A stretch of DNA of 61,031 nucleotides, the filler included, from Circinaria calcarea (taxonomy: Eukaryota), in the NCBI GenBank assembly GCA_051942165.1. It is 8 parts of 8 records of this genome, joined end to end, with 100 filler letters (N's around TTAATTAATTAA, not from the genome) between each part and the next. Parts side by side here need not be neighbours in the genome. Positions count along the whole stretch, not along the records: positions 1 to 7,559 come from JAVECS010001298.1; positions 7,660 to 15,213 come from JAVECS010001299.1; 6 more parts are not named here. One strand, 5' to 3'. Positions 1 to 13,600 of the stretch are shown here, piece after piece; position 1 is the first letter of the stretch; each line of letters starts with the position of its first letter. Below the pieces are notes generated by a model. That model did not search any database and was not told where the DNA came from. It was given only the letters and a program-made list of their open reading frames with translations. Position numbers and translations under genes: made by a program.

Positions 1-3000
1 GTGTGAGACTAGGAAGGTCTCCTACGATGCAATCAACCATATTCATGCTGGGCCCCAGATCGCGACATATCAACTGAGGCATACGAGAGGCGGCTTATCG
101 TCCTTGGCGACTCTGACTTTCGGATGATACATGCACGCCCCACCACCACCAAGGAACTGTTGATGCTTAGCCTGGAATTACAGAGTAGCCTACCATACCG
201 CATGGTGCCTGATGAGTGAGCACATCTAGGAAGCCGCAAAGCAATGGAGTGTGTGATCCAAGGTAGATCTGTTCACCATTTCTCCCGATGACTCTTATTG
301 GAAGACGTGGGACGCTCGGTAAGTTATGATTGCTTTTGACGCTGCCACGACAAAGAAACTATTCGAGGCATGCCAATCAAGTCTCAGCCGATGAGGATGT
401 TTGAATATACCTGCCGATTCACCGCTTCAAGTGCATCGCCCATTGGGGCAGCTTCCAATAGTTGTTTGTAACACATGGGGGACCTAGCCTCATTATACCA
501 GTAATCGCTGGTTGGATGACGATTTCTTCCCCAAACTAGGTTTGAATGTCCGTCTCGAAGGTTGAACTCTTTTCTTTTTTCTTGGATCGACTTCCTGCCG
601 GTTTGGTGCCTATCTGGTGACACTTTTGGTGCCCCAGACAATCCTGTTGGGAACTAGGTAGACGGGAAGTGCGCACAATCAATGAGGCGCATACGTACAT
701 GTATCCAACACCATACTATACCTACCTATACATATGACTATAAATTTGCGTGTTATCGCTAGGATCGCATAGATGCCGGATGCAATCTCTCGGAGTCGCA
801 AGCGTGGACTTGGGCCTGTGGGAAGTCATGAGCCTAGGAAGCCGCCTTTTGTTACAAGTGTCCATTTTTCCAAGAACCCTTCCGCATGGTGCTCCTCCTA
901 GCGCTTAGCCGTGTCTCCATTCTCGAACTGGAGTTGGTGAGAGAAGGCGAAAGCAACGACGGAGGTGCCAAGAACAAAACTGGCTTTGGTAAACCTAGCA
1001 GTGCCGATCCACGGAATGTAGCAGTGGCACTCCTTCCTTCTGACATGCACCAGGCAAGACCCCAAAAGCACAGGCTCACACGCTACCGAGCCAGGCTGAT
1101 GATTCCCTGCTTCTCGAAAGCGGCACCAGGCATCCAGAGATAATGCATCCGCCGAGAGTGGCGCTCAATTCGATATCCAAACCGTTACGAGCCCAACGGA
1201 CAATTTCGTTTCCATCAACACTATCGCAACCCTCTTATGCACCTCTTCCGGCCTCGGTCAAGGATTACCTCTGTACTCCCTACTCGTCGGCCACTCTCCG
1301 GGCTCTGACCGGGAAGGCATCAAAGGATGATAGTGGCTCTCTCGCAACGAGGCAGGAAGACTGTAGTGGCATGTGCCGTGTTACCGCGTTGACAGAGTCC
1401 ATCCAGCTACTGTCGAGCTTACTTTAGTTTAGCATCTTTTCGGAAAAGCAATGTCCGTCAACTTAATCACCACCTTTTGGCATGCCGGCGTCTGATTCGC
1501 CCCAGATGCATCGGTTGCGCAGTTCCATGATGATCTCCCTTGGAAATTGGGGGGCGCAGGGTAGGTGGTAGTGCAGATGGTGGATCGGGACAGAAGGCGG
1601 ATGCGACAGATGATGTGGCTGCCAATACCGTGTGGTGAGAATGGTTCCCGGCGTCACCAACAACAATCCGGGTGATTCGACCAACCTAGCATCTGGGGTG
1701 ATGGATTGCGCATTCTGGAACCCCTCCCACCACTCTACAGGCATCAATTCGTTTGTGGTTTCGTTAGCATTACCAAATCGTGTTGCCTTTCGCCAGTACG
1801 CAACTTTGGCATGCTACTGTACGTTCTCCGCAGCCCCGGGGATCCAATCATCGGTGATGCCAGTTTCGCCATCAGCCACGTACATTGTATCGAGAGCACG
1901 CGCGTAAGTTTGTAACCCTTCTCTCCTGCGCAGCCTGGTCCGAAGAAGGTCAGTCAGTCGTTGCTGTCTTGCTCGCCTCCGCTTTCGCTAGCCTCCGACG
2001 ATTGCATGTACAGCCTACTCCATCCCGGCCCAGTGCCCACAGCGAAACATGGTAAGCATTGGCCCTACAACAGTGCCAATAATCGCCCGAATCTGTCAAG
2101 CAGCGACCTGCAGCCAGTGCATCGGAGGCAGGAAGGGAACGATGTCACCGGGAAGTAGGAACGTGCATCGAGAAGCCATCCCAGAACGGCCTCCTGCTCC
2201 GGTTTGATTGGTGCAGGAGGAGCCAGGAGGGCCAGGACAGCTGCAAACGCCCACGGTTCCGCTTTAGTTTGCCCATTTCAAGCCAATGACTGCACACGCT
2301 GGATGGCTTTTGGGGCTGTTAGAGCACTTTGTCGACGCAGTACTGCTTCCGTTTAGCAGGGAGGCTTTCCATTTCATCGTCTCGGCACTATTGTGTATTT
2401 GATTGATCGTGGATCCCGGTCCCACCACACGGTCGCCTATTGCCTGACCGCCTAATGCTAAAAAATCCAAATCCAAACCTTTTTGACCCTTAGACCCCCT
2501 ACTGGTAAAGCCAAAGGCTAATGCCCCTCACCAAACCAAAGCGTCAAGCAATTCAAAGCAGCCCGGCACCGAGCCCGACTTTAGCGGTGACCATCCATTG
2601 ATCCAGCACCCACGTCCGCGACTCCTCGTAGGTACCTCTCTACCCAGTGACCACCAACACCCTCCTCACCCCCCATCCATTGTCAAATCAGGAGTAATAA
2701 TATCTGGATAGCGGTGCATCTGGGCAGCCTCAGCCTCTCAGGAGGGCAAGTTAAATGCGTGCGCCTGTGGCCGCTAAGCTAGCTGGAGCCTTTTCTGTTG
2801 CCTTGTACCGAAACAACCAGTATCTGCACTCCTTCAGGCCTTCCACCTCTCTCGCGTCTAACTCCGACCGGTACGCCCTCCCCTCCACATCGATCTCGTA
2901 GAGTAACTTCCTTGCAGTCCTTGCGTTCCCCTCGTACCGCTTGACTGTGCCCAGCTCCCCCCTTCGCCCCGGCCCAATCAATCATGACCCCGTCACCTTG

Positions 3001-3590
3001 TAACCTCGCACACTTACCAACCAGTCAGCAGCATATTGAAAAGCATCACTCCCCCCCTTCCGGGACTGGATCCAAACTAACGTCAAGCCGACATCGTGAT
3101 CAACCATGTAATTGCGGGCTGAAACCGCGAGGGGATGCAGGCATACTGCATTATCAATCATTCCTTCTTCACAGCATCGCCTCCCATGTTTCCCGCGTTG
3201 TCTGACTCAAAACCCTTAGTCTGGGCAGTTCTGACGTTCCAATCCATCCCGAATGGGCCATGCCGGGCCTTGTGCTCGACGAACCGGTCTCAACTTATGC
3301 TCCCCCCTTGATAGGCCTCTGACTGTGGGGTTGGCGTGATCTGCTATGCTTGATATATGCACGACGTCCTTCCCCCTTGGTATCCGGCCCCCTCAAGACA
3401 ATCATCTCTACATCGGTAATGACTCCGGGTGTCAAAAGAATACTGGAATGCCGTTTTCGTCTAGGAGATTGTTGACCAAAAAGTATGCTTTTCTGACCGC
3501 CTACACCGGCACGGTTCGACTGCCAGTGCCCTTACTGATAGCCTTCCATAGTACCGGAAAGCATTCGTCTCTCAGCACCCCACCGCTCAA

Positions 3591-4859
3591 ATGTATTCCA
3601 ATCCAACCAACAATGGCGGTGTCAACGAACCTTATCTGGACATTGATGCAATGCTGTTTGATGTCTCCAATCGCATGGCACGAGCGCAGCTTGCTCGGCA
3701 GATTTCGAACGGTTCTTCAACCTTCAAGCGGAGGGCGGCGAGGGTCTTGAAGTCCAACAGTGGGAGCAACAGCCCGCAGGATGTTCAGCGGCGAAGGACA
3801 ACTTCATCCCACAAGTCTGCACGGCATCGTTCCGATCTGTACAGCCAAGAGCTGTCAATGTCCCACCACGGGCATGGAGGCTTCAATCAAGGGCGAAACG
3901 TATCTGCCAACAGACCTATGAGTTGGCATCCCTCGTCAGTAGCTTCCAGTCATCCAGCTACTCGAACCTCGGGCTATTATGTTCCCTCGAGACGCTCGTT
4001 GGCAGCACCCGAAACGTCGAATGTCACCTATGACCAGTCGTCACTCGCCCCGTCTACAACGCATCCTGACATGGACAGTGCTATGTCCGTCGATCCTTAC
4101 TCGAGTTTCGACGGCTCGTTCATGTCCTATCAGCCATCAGCCATGGGTCTCTACGAGAATAATCCAGTGGGCCTTGATCTTGCTACAACGTACCGCTCTT
4201 GCTTAGCATATGATGCTACCAATCCATTACAGCAAACCAACATGTCCATTGCAGGCGACTATCCAGATTTTTCACCAATGGCCTACTCGACTCAAACCTG
4301 GGCGGAATCCCTCTCGGCATTTCCGTCTTACACAACGCCTCCGACACCGGACTTCTTACCGATCCAGCATCCTTCAGATCTCTGGCAAGGTTATATGAGC
4401 AGCTCGTCTCCACCGATACCCAAGAAACCAAGCAAGGAGCTTGTTGGAATGGGGCTCTACGATACACCTGGCAAGGATAGCTTTGCCCTTGATTCAGTCA
4501 TGGGCGGTCATCTTGGTGGCATGGCCAATTTTCATTCTCAACCAGAATCAACCGGGAAAGGTCTTAAGTTAGAGGAGACATGGCAACCGCCAGAGGACGA
4601 AGAAGGCAGTGAGGCAGGAGGTGAAGGAACAGACGATGAGAGTTCTCCAGTTGGTCAAGCGGACAAAAAAGGAGCCGCGGGTGCCAAACATGCCGGAGTA
4701 CAAGATGTTCCTTTTTCGACGTATGGAGACCTTTCGAATCAGTCGTTCTTCTTCGACAATGACGAGGTATACCTTGATGGAACAGGGTTCAACTCAGCGA
4801 TACCTACAGTGGCACCCAATCTACAAGCTTATGCTTTGCCAGACTTTAGCTGGGCGTGA
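3591..4859 (+). CDS. Fungal hypothetical protein, Ser/Pro-rich and probably largely disordered (422 aa)
   Basis: Long single-exon ATG ORF. Short motifs RPMSWHP, PPTPDFLPIQHP, KELVGMGLYD, GKGLKLEETWQPP and DLSNQSFFFD resemble, from recall, an uncharacterised Pezizomycotina family. Confidence 0.8.
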   Translation: MYSNPTNNGGVNEPYLDIDAMLFDVSNRMARAQLARQISNGSSTFKRRAARVLKSNSGSNSPQDVQRRRTTSSHKSARHRSDLYSQELSMSHHGHGGFNQGRNVSANRPMSWHPSSVASSHPATRTSGYYVPSRRSLAAPETSNVTYDQSSLAPSTTHPDMDSAMSVDPYSSFDGSFMSYQPSAMGLYENNPVGLDLATTYRSCLAYDATNPLQQTNMSIAGDYPDFSPMAYSTQTWAESLSAFPSYTTPPTPDFLPIQHPSDLWQGYMSSSSPPIPKKPSKELVGMGLYDTPGKDSFALDSVMGGHLGGMANFHSQPESTGKGLKLEETWQPPEDEEGSEAGGEGTDDESSPVGQADKKGAAGAKHAGVQDVPFSTYGDLSNQSFFFDNDEVYLDGTGFNSAIPTVAPNLQAYALPDFSWA

Positions 4860-5723
4860 GAATTCTGGCAATGCAGGGCTGACAACTGTTATATGCCGCG
4901 ACCAGGCTGCTGCACCCATATTAGCTATACTAAAGGGAAGTCCCTACATGTACGAGGCTGATAGCTACATCCGATCGCCATCAATGGCCGTGAACAAGCT
5001 TCAGCACATCTACTAGCACAATTACCAACCGCCAGGTCAATGGCCTAACTCGCCAACGGTAGTTGACATCACCTCTGGCTTCGGTTTTCTAGCAACCATC
5101 AAGCAACTCAAGGCCAAGGTCGAGTCTATTGGCAGGTACAGAAGAAGGGATTCAGTCCAGCCTTTGGTCCGTAGACATTTGAGAAGAGGCAAAGTTACAG
5201 TGGCTGTCTGCTGTTGAGCTTGGAATACAGTCATCTTACACAATGTGTCTTAGATACACGAACTTAACCTTTCACATGACTAAGATCTCATACCCTTTGC
5301 CCCAGCAGGTAACTTCTCCGATACCAAACGCCAATCTATTAATACCCCATTGGCCACCCAATGATGATAGCCGCCCATGTTGCTTTGGTCCTTTAAAGAT
5401 TGTTACAGTAGGGATTTAGGGGCAAGATGCATCATCATGTGACCCCGTGAGACAGCTTGGCCACCCCTGACGCTGCCATCTTCTCCGACTGGCTCGCTTG
5501 ACTTGTCGATCAGCCGTTTCCGCGATCTCGTGCATGATCTGGATACACCCCTGTACCATAACGGAGTATGACCCGTCACTTTCCTCGGCACATGAAACAC
5601 ATGCAAATCAACATTCGAGATCGACTATTAATAAGTACTCCGTAGTGATTATCTTATTTGATCGGGTTTTGTAACGAGGTACGCGACCGACTCGCATCCC
5701 CTTTCGCTTTGCTTCCTGCAGTC

Positions 5724-7102
5724 ATGCCAAAGTTCAAGGTTACGCCGTGGAGGAATAAAGGGGAATTGCTCCGAGTTCGCGCTCAATTCTTCCCGTTAAG
5801 AGATAGTAAGCGGCCCGACGCTCGTAGAGAGGCATGCAATCGGGTATGGGCACTCCTCCAAGCTATCAGACTATACTTATCTTCGCCAGGTTCATATGTG
5901 GAAGCTTCGTGGCCACTTGCCCCACTTGGTTGAGTCGACCTGCTATCTCACCGAGGCCATCCTTCACGATGACCCCCGGGTCAATTCCCCATCGGCCATC
6001 CGCGCCGTCTATTCGACTGCTTTCTGCCGGTATACAACCGCTCCACTCCCTCAGCCGGGAGGAACCTGCTCATGCACCATAGCTTTGTCACCGGCATGAC
6101 CGACTCTCAACAAGATGGCCTGCACAAGAAGTCCATGTACGATGTCAGCAGACAAGTGGGGATCCCTGCCTCGTTCGTTGAGATTCGTCACGAAGCTACT
6201 CATGGGGAACTCCCGCCTCTGGTGATTTTTCGCAGAGCTGCTGAGCGATCGCTCGCTTGGCTGTATGATGAGTACTGGAAAAAGCTAGACGGCGATGGGC
6301 ATCCACCGATATTGGACGCGAAAGGAGGGTTGCCGAACGAAGAAACTACCGATCTGAAAACATTGCTGAAAGAACTTCTTCGAACTCATCTCAAAAATTG
6401 CCTCGGCGCGACTGCAAACGGTTCAGCAGAAATATTCAAAGTATCCGCCGAAACTGCGGCCGAAATTGGCAAGAGTATCGTACGGCTCTGCGAGGACGAC
6501 GCAAGGAAACTTCAAACCCTCATCGACGTCCTCTTAGAACGAAAAATGCTCGTTCCCGCCAGCAAGACGTACGTTCCTCCATATCCGCTTTTCCCCCCCC
6601 TCCCTACCTCACAACCTCGCTCCACTTCAACTACGTTCCACTCACCCCAACCATAATGAACAGACTCGGCACCCCCCTCACCAACGTCTTCTCCCTTTGG
6701 TCTCCCCTCCTCAAAATCCTCGTCTTCCACCAACGCCGCTTCCTGCCCCTCCTCGCAGACGCCATGCTCCTCCCTCTCATCGCACCCTCCCGCCTTGACG
6801 TCACCCTCGACGACTACCGCGAAGCGCTCTACCTCTGGCTGCTGGAAGTCTGCACCTCGCCGGCGTGGAAACGGGCGAGGAAGAGGGGGTTGTTGGTGCT
6901 GGATAGTGTACTCATGACGTGCGTGACGGTTCCTAATTATTGGACACTGAGGTTGGCGGTCGGGGTGATGGATGCGGAGGTGGAGACGGGTATGAGGGAG
7001 AGGTATCAGGGACAAATTGTTAAGGCGATGAGGGAGAATGGTGTTGGGTATACGGGTTCGAGGCAGGAGACGGTTACGGCGCTTGCGGCTGTTACGATGT
7101 AG
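5724..7102 (+). CDS. LAS1: Las1 pre-rRNA processing endoribonuclease (HEPN), 4 exons
   Basis: Exons 5724-5843, 5890-6029, 6083-6568 and 6664-7102 join in frame through GT..AG introns. Product reads MPKFKVTPWR..WKLRGHLPHLVEST..YSTAFCRFVTG..VEIRHEATHGELP, containing the HEPN RxxxxH motif. Confidence 0.92.
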
Positions 7103-7163
7103 CTGGATGGATGAGGGGGTTGGAAGGGAAGGGGGAGGGGGAGATTGTACAGTACCAAGGAAA

Positions 7164-7300
7164 TGATGCTAACGATGCTAACGAGAACTACGAGAACTAA
7201 CGATACCTACGACAACGAGGGCTTATGAGGGAGAATAATAGAATAGAATAGAATCCGATAGGATATGATAGGATAGCATAGGGTAGGATAGGGATGGAAT
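7164..7300. repeat. Degenerate short tandem repeats (9-mer GATGCTAAC/GAGAACTAC; 5-mer GATAG/AATAG)
   Basis: Visible arrays 3' of LAS1. Confidence 0.7.
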
Positions 7301-7338
7301 CAAATTCGAATCAGTACAGTAGAGATAGAAAATCCCCC

Positions 7339-7501
7339 CGGACTGCTGCTTTTTTCTCTTCTTTTCTGTTTCCTATTTTATTCTTTCTCTTCCCCCCCAA
7401 AAACTCTTCCAATACGGACTGCTGCTTTTTTCTCTTCTCTTCTCTTCTGTTTTCCTATTCTATTCTTTCTCTTCCCCCCCCCCAAAGAACTCTTCCAATA
7501 C
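7339..7501. repeat. Imperfect ~80-bp tandem duplication (CGGACTGCTGCTTTTTTCTCTTC...CTCTTCCAATAC x2)
   Basis: Copy 1 ~7339-7415 and copy 2 ~7415-7501 differ mainly in homopolymer and microsatellite lengths; lies at a contig end. Confidence 0.85.
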
Positions 7502-7559
7502 CACCAACTACCAACTGTCAGAAGTCAGAAGTCAGGAGTCAAGGCGGGGGGAATTGGGG

Positions 7560-7659
7560 NNNNNNNNNNNNNNNNNNNNNNNNNNNNNNNNNNNNNNNNN
7601 NNNTTAATTAATTAANNNNNNNNNNNNNNNNNNNNNNNNNNNNNNNNNNNNNNNNNNNN
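7560..7659. other. Artificial contig linker N44-TTAATTAATTAA-N44
   Basis: Identical 100-bp spacer with six-frame stops, present 7 times in the window. Confidence 0.99.
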
Positions 7660-10600
7660 CATCTAGATAAGGACTCGACGATTCGCTCTGCAACGCCACA
7701 TTTTCGGCGAACAGCATCGAATTGTTCGGCGTAGAAAACCTTGCAAAGCATTTTTGCCGAGCCCTCTTGGAATTGATACTTGAGATGGGTGCCGGTCGAT
7801 CGTAGGAGGGATCGTTCAACCTCCATCTGCTCGTCGGTATCAAGTAGAGGATCTTGTAGATGACTCCTATCATGTCTTCCTCTAAGACCACCACTTTCCT
7901 CCTGAATCTTCTGTAGCTTGACCTGATAGTCTTCAGAGCCCAGGGTGAAAGCGATCAGTGAGCTAGGTTCGTCTTCGCGCACAATGATGTCCGAATCTGC
8001 AAAAACGTGATCCGTTACATTAAGTGGATACTCTAATGGCTGCCATCCGCTTGCAGATCTCTCAGCCCAGAAGTTTGTCAGCATCCTCATGAGCGATGTC
8101 TTTTCGTGTTTCGGTAGCTCAAGCTTTAGATCAAGCTGCTCCTCACGTGGCGACAGCACACCGTCCTTCTCCGGCAGATCAGGGACCTCATCTAGTAGTG
8201 TTTCCTCGTCGCTTCGAGCCGTTTCGTTTTCTGCATCGGAACCGGGGTGGCTGTCCACATGGGTATTATCATCCGTTTCCGTATACTCTGCAACAGTGTC
8301 CTCCGCAGCAGTTCCCTCAGTGGCAGTACTCTCTGTATGTGATACGTCACCCGCAGTGTTGGATTCATCATTAAGGGCCATGCCATCAGCGGTAGAAGTT
8401 GAACCTTGGAGTTCATTATGAGAGGGCTTGATTTCAAGTGAATCTTCATCCGATGGTTCTCTCTCTTCAACAGCCTCATGAACATTGCGGTAGACCTCCA
8501 CAATAGGCTTTGACGATGCCACAGGGTACGCGCGAGCCTGTCTACTCTTTGCTGCCCGCTGTCGGCGCTCCCGAAGGCGTTCTTTCTCGAACTCACGACT
8601 TAATTGCTCAAAGTGCTTGGCTAAAGCTGAGACCCTTGATTCTTTCCTTCGATTAGCAATTGAGCGTGGTATCATAGAATGAGCAGCCACTCCACTTGGT
8701 TTAGCTGCCGAAATCCCAAGACGATCGGACAACTTTTTCTCGGGTGGCTTCGGGAGGGCATCAGAATTCAGGGGTTCGCTTAAGCGTTTGATATGGTTGC
8801 CCGAAGAGGAGGATTTAGGGAAAACAACTATAGAACTGCCGCTGCTATTGGTTTTCTCCCTTCGATGGTGATGAGGTTGAGATTGGGCTCTAACCAGAGA
8901 AGGCATTGGGCTAGTGCCCGCCTTTTGCACAGTAAGGTCCACTAAACGAGGGATCGCTGAGGCAGAAGGATGCAAAGAGGCCGTGGATTCCTCACCAAGG
9001 TCCAAACTCATGGACCCATCCGCGGCTGGTTCTGCTATCACAGAAGTGGGTTGTAGAGGGGGTTCAGCAAGTCTGCCACGTGTCGTAGTGGGACTTATAG
9101 GTCGGGTCTCAGGCTCAGGCATTGCTTGTGAATTAGTCAATCTTCCCGGGAAATCTGATGCTACCGCAAGATCGAGATGCCGAACATCCTCACGGTCTTG
9201 AGCTGGCAAGGGCGTTAGGTCATCGGAAGTGTTTAAAGCTGGTATAGCTGTCAGTGGAACAACTTTATGCCGATCGACCTCCTCTGCTGGAGCTGAATCT
9301 TCCTCAACAACAGAGGTTAGCATGTCGTGTGCCTTCTCCGGTGACATTCTCCGTGTCTGGGAACTTAGGAACACTGGCTCTTCCGTGAATGCTTTCTCCT
9401 CAAATTCTCCCTCAGATGTCGGTGTGCTCGTCTCTTCGTTACTGGAGGTAAGAGAGCTAACTGAATCATCTCGATCTAGGAAAATCTTTCTCAGCTGGAG
9501 AGTGGCAAGTCGCCTTATGTCTCTCTCCGAAGGGAAAAAGTTACGATCAAAATCTCCAAAGGTGGCATCCCATTCAGCAACCTTCTCCTGTATCGCCCGG
9601 ATAGCTCGGTTCAGTGGAATAACCTCGTAATACTTGGAATCCATATACTTCTCTTGCAATTTTTGAATCAAAGCATGGTGTTCGTCGGACGCACGCTTCA
9701 TCAGTTTGTCAACTTCATCCTTGCAGGCCGCGGCTTTTTCTGGGATGACACTATCGACCTTTATGCTCTTGATCCGAGCCTTGACAGACAGCATGAACTT
9801 ATTCAGGCGTTCCTCTGCTTTCGTGAATACGTCATTCCGGAATCGCAAGTCGTTGACTACCTTCCAGGTAATCCTGGTCCTTGGTACGATGATTTCGAGA
9901 AGCTTGATATGATCATACTGCACGCGCAGAGCTATGTCTTTGAAACCAAAGTACCTGAGATGATTGCGGTGAATGTCATGCGGACAAATCCCTGCTCGAG
10001 GGTGAAGCTCACTGCTCCAAAACGACAACTCGAGATACTTGCCAAAGGAATATTTCCAAGTATTCTCAGACATGGGCAAAACTTGCGTATCGCTCCCACA
10101 AATCCTGCAAGTACTCCACATCAAAATTGAGTTCTGTAATCCTCGAAGTTTGCACGGATAGTGCTCAACAAATACAGTTAACTGAGCATCTCCGTGCACA
10201 TACTGGCGATGATGCTCATACATTTTCCGTTCACACGAGTTCACAGTGCATACTGTATTTGCCCCCAGACATAGGTCTTCGACATACTGGCCAAGAGTAC
10301 AATCCGCCTCGAAATCTGCGTCGACCTCGTGCTCGTTGTAGAAGCCCAGAGCAAGTAAATCTGGTCCCGAGCAGGGCACCGTAGTCACAGTGCAGACCAC
10401 GCTATAGAGTACCGCAATGTTCTGGTGGGCATACGGATCGAAGAGATTGATGTTCCCCGAAATGTAAGTCTCCCATTGCTTCTTTTGAGTCAGGTAGGTG
10501 TGAAGAGCTTTATCAAATTCAGCATCATGGACCGCGTGGAGGACCTCTCGAACCTTTTTCGAAGTACCCCTTATGTTTTCGTGAATCATTTCGGGCTTGA

Positions 10601-13600
10601 TTAAAACGAACTTTTGCGGTTTCGAGTCCTCGTATTTTATTTGTTCCTCCTCCACGTCCTGATCGCGTAAGCGTTTGAGATATACCAACCTGCGCTCCTG
10701 CTCTCTAGCTCTCATCAACAGATAAGGTTGCATGAATTTGACGAACGGAGAGGCAGAGAGGATCTTGGTTTTGTGCTTTTCGACCATATCGCCATAAAAG
10801 GTTGGCATGGGAATGTCTTCGGGCATTTCAATTTCTCCAGACACGCTGTCTACGGCAGTCTCAGGTGCTGGGAAGTATGCTTGGTTGCGGGTGAGCGCCT
10901 CCGTGTTTGAAATGTCAGCCAAAGTCTGCTTGGCACGATGATCCTGCTCTCCAAGCCGATCGCTCGCTCGTCTTTTCCCGTCTGCTGATGCATCTCTTTC
11001 ATGGGAACGTACCAGGTCTGCTAGTCTAGACGTCTCCTTGTCAGGTGACAGAGAGCCCGCGTCAGTATACGATGGAATTAAGGCAAACTCGTCTCTCATC
11101 AAAGAAGTCTCGAGTTTGAGATTATACACGACGTAGACCATGAACTCAGTAATCCGCTTGATTTTGCCTAGGACTTCATTGTTGCCTCCCCGGAGAACAA
11201 TAGTGCATCCGAGTTCCTTCTGACAGCCGGCGAGAAACATGTAGGTCTTTCTTTTGCCATCATATACATAGGTCTTGAGATAGAAGTTAGCGCATTTTCC
11301 AGCTTGGACGGGTTTAATCGCAAGTTTGTCGATAGACGATATGATTCGCGTTTGGGTACAGCGAGAGACAGCTTCGAGAACTGAAGCTTTGACATTGTAG
11401 GCTGTAGCTATTTTTGCCTGCTGTAAGAACTCGAGGGCCAGACCCGAAACGTTGCGTTGAACCAACAGCAGTTGGGGACGAAGCGCAGCAATTCGATGAA
11501 CCAAATTCTGCAGGTATTCTCTTTCTTGTCGAATGACAGGCTCTAGGCTCATGAAATGCTGCTGATGACGCGCATACTCGATGGGAAACGTGAGGATAAG
11601 GATATCAGGGTGTGATATGTTACGGGGCATGCTTTTCAAAGCCAAGTTCTTTGTGAAAACAAGACCAGACACGTACGATGTGTCGCCAGGCCGACCCCCA
11701 GGGATTTTCTTCAGCTTTACATAATGTCGAATGTCAATGTCATCGCCTCTTTGTACGTCAGGGTTAACATCGTCAGTCGCCTGAAGGAGAATGGGCATGA
11801 GTGCTTTTTCCCAGTTGCTAAAATTATTGATGTGAGAATCTTGTAGTAACTGGCGTAGCAGTTTCCGTACGTGTTGGATACTTGCACTGTTCAGCTCTAC
11901 TGCTGGAGCATCTGCTCCTTTCATGGAAGAGCTTCGCATCATTCGCAAGCCACTGGATACGGACTTCTCAAGTGTAGAGCTGCTCAGGCTTTCATGAAGA
12001 TGACTGCTAACGGCAGGTGTCGCTGTACTTAACCGATAGGCCCTAGGTGATGGTCGAAGATGCATATTGCTTGATATGCTCAGGTTACGCCGCTTAGAAC
12101 GAGCTTGTGAGGCCATTTTTGCACTATTCAAACTGATGTTATCCGCATCTCGACTGTAGACCGTGCCGCCGCCGCTACTCTTGTCACCTATTCGAGATCG
12201 GCCCTTTCTCGAGGAACTCAGCAATCCTGAAAGCCCGTGCCTTTCATTCTCTGCACTTTTGGAAAGGCTGTCACCGTTGAGGGCCATCATGATACTCATC
12301 TGCTCGCTGCCACTTGAGTCTTCGTCGGAAAGGAACACAGCAAGATCAGGATCAATGATATTATCACTATGAAAAGCTGGTAACCGGCCTCCTCTCCTTG
12401 AGTCATCGTCAGGGTTGCGCTGAAACGGAGCTGTCTCCTCATTGACGGATTTAAAGCTACGCTGAATCTGATGCCGGGAGTGGTGCCTCTTATGGCCTGA
12501 GGAATGAGGCCTCGATGAAAGCGACGACTTGAGGGATCTCGACGAGCTGGGTCGGATGAGTCTTCGTTCTGAATCGATCTCCAAAACCGCTGATCTCCGG
12601 CCCGAATCCTCACCTTCTCTACGTGTGGCTGGTATTGTCATCGTTGGTATGACGTTGTGCGGATGCTGACGGAAGGCCTCGATCTCTTTAATGTTACTCA
12701 TACGGGTGGCTCCAACGGAATTCCCAGTCGCAGTCTCATTGGCCCCGGAAGATCCATGCCTTGGACGCAAGCCTGTGCCCATCACGCTTCCGTCGTCTGA
12801 AAATTCCGAGGAATCATCGTACCCGTTGATTATACCCTCGCAAGGCTTGCAAACCCTCACGGACCCTATCTGTCCAAAGGATCCTCCAGGTATGAGTGAT
12901 GTGCATTTGGAGTCGAAGATCTGACCACAGGTTCCTAAGGGAAATGTTATCCCTCGGTCATGCTATTTATTTAGAGATCATACATACTGCAATGGTGCTT
13001 TCTGCGAAACGTGGAGAAAGCGTCGCCACAAAAGAAACAGTCTCGAGCGTTCTCGTCTCTCATCCAGTACTCCTTGCTTAAGACCCTGCTTCTGATCTGG
13101 GACAGTACAGTATTTACCGTTTGAGGATTTGCTGATGCCTGGGTGACAGTAGCAGCTTTCTTCACCGTCTTATTCTCGGCAAAAACACTATCATTTTCAC
13201 TAGCTTCGTCATGACTGGAAGTTGTTTCTAGTGGAATATTCGATGAGTAAGCCCCTGTAGTCTCTGAGGAAGATGCACGGGAAATTTTGAAATCTGGGGG
13301 TCGCGAAAGATGAGTAACTGGTATAGACAACGGTTGACGTGACGGTGTTGCTGGCCCTTGCATATCTATTTGGCTTGAGTCATATCCCGTTTCGAGCGGC
13401 TCCTTTGCTTGGTTACTACGATCTGGAAAGTTATGTAGCGGTTTTTTGGTGGTGGCTGGCTCAGGGACAGCTTTGACATCCTGTTGGCCAGAGAAACTGA
13501 CTCCATGATTTGTTCCAGGATCGGTGTTACCTCTACCCTGATCTGAATAAGTCGAGTTTTGATGCTTGTGCTGTTTTTCAATTCTATAATCCTCTGCGAA

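Noticed and set aside
2190..2220. Hairpin CCTCCTGC..GCAGGAGG; also AAACCGG..CCGGTTT near 22724-22751
   Set aside because: Isolated 7-8 bp stems are expected by chance in 61 kb.
7339..7501. 80-bp tandem duplication as a possible functional repeat
   Set aside because: Low complexity, at a contig end, and the copies differ only in homopolymer tracts; slippage or a local assembly artefact.
8089..12924. Many plus-strand ORFs over FAB1, and similar antisense ORFs over SSC1, GVP36 and the C2H2 gene
   Set aside because: Antisense shadows of long coding sequences with no independent motifs.
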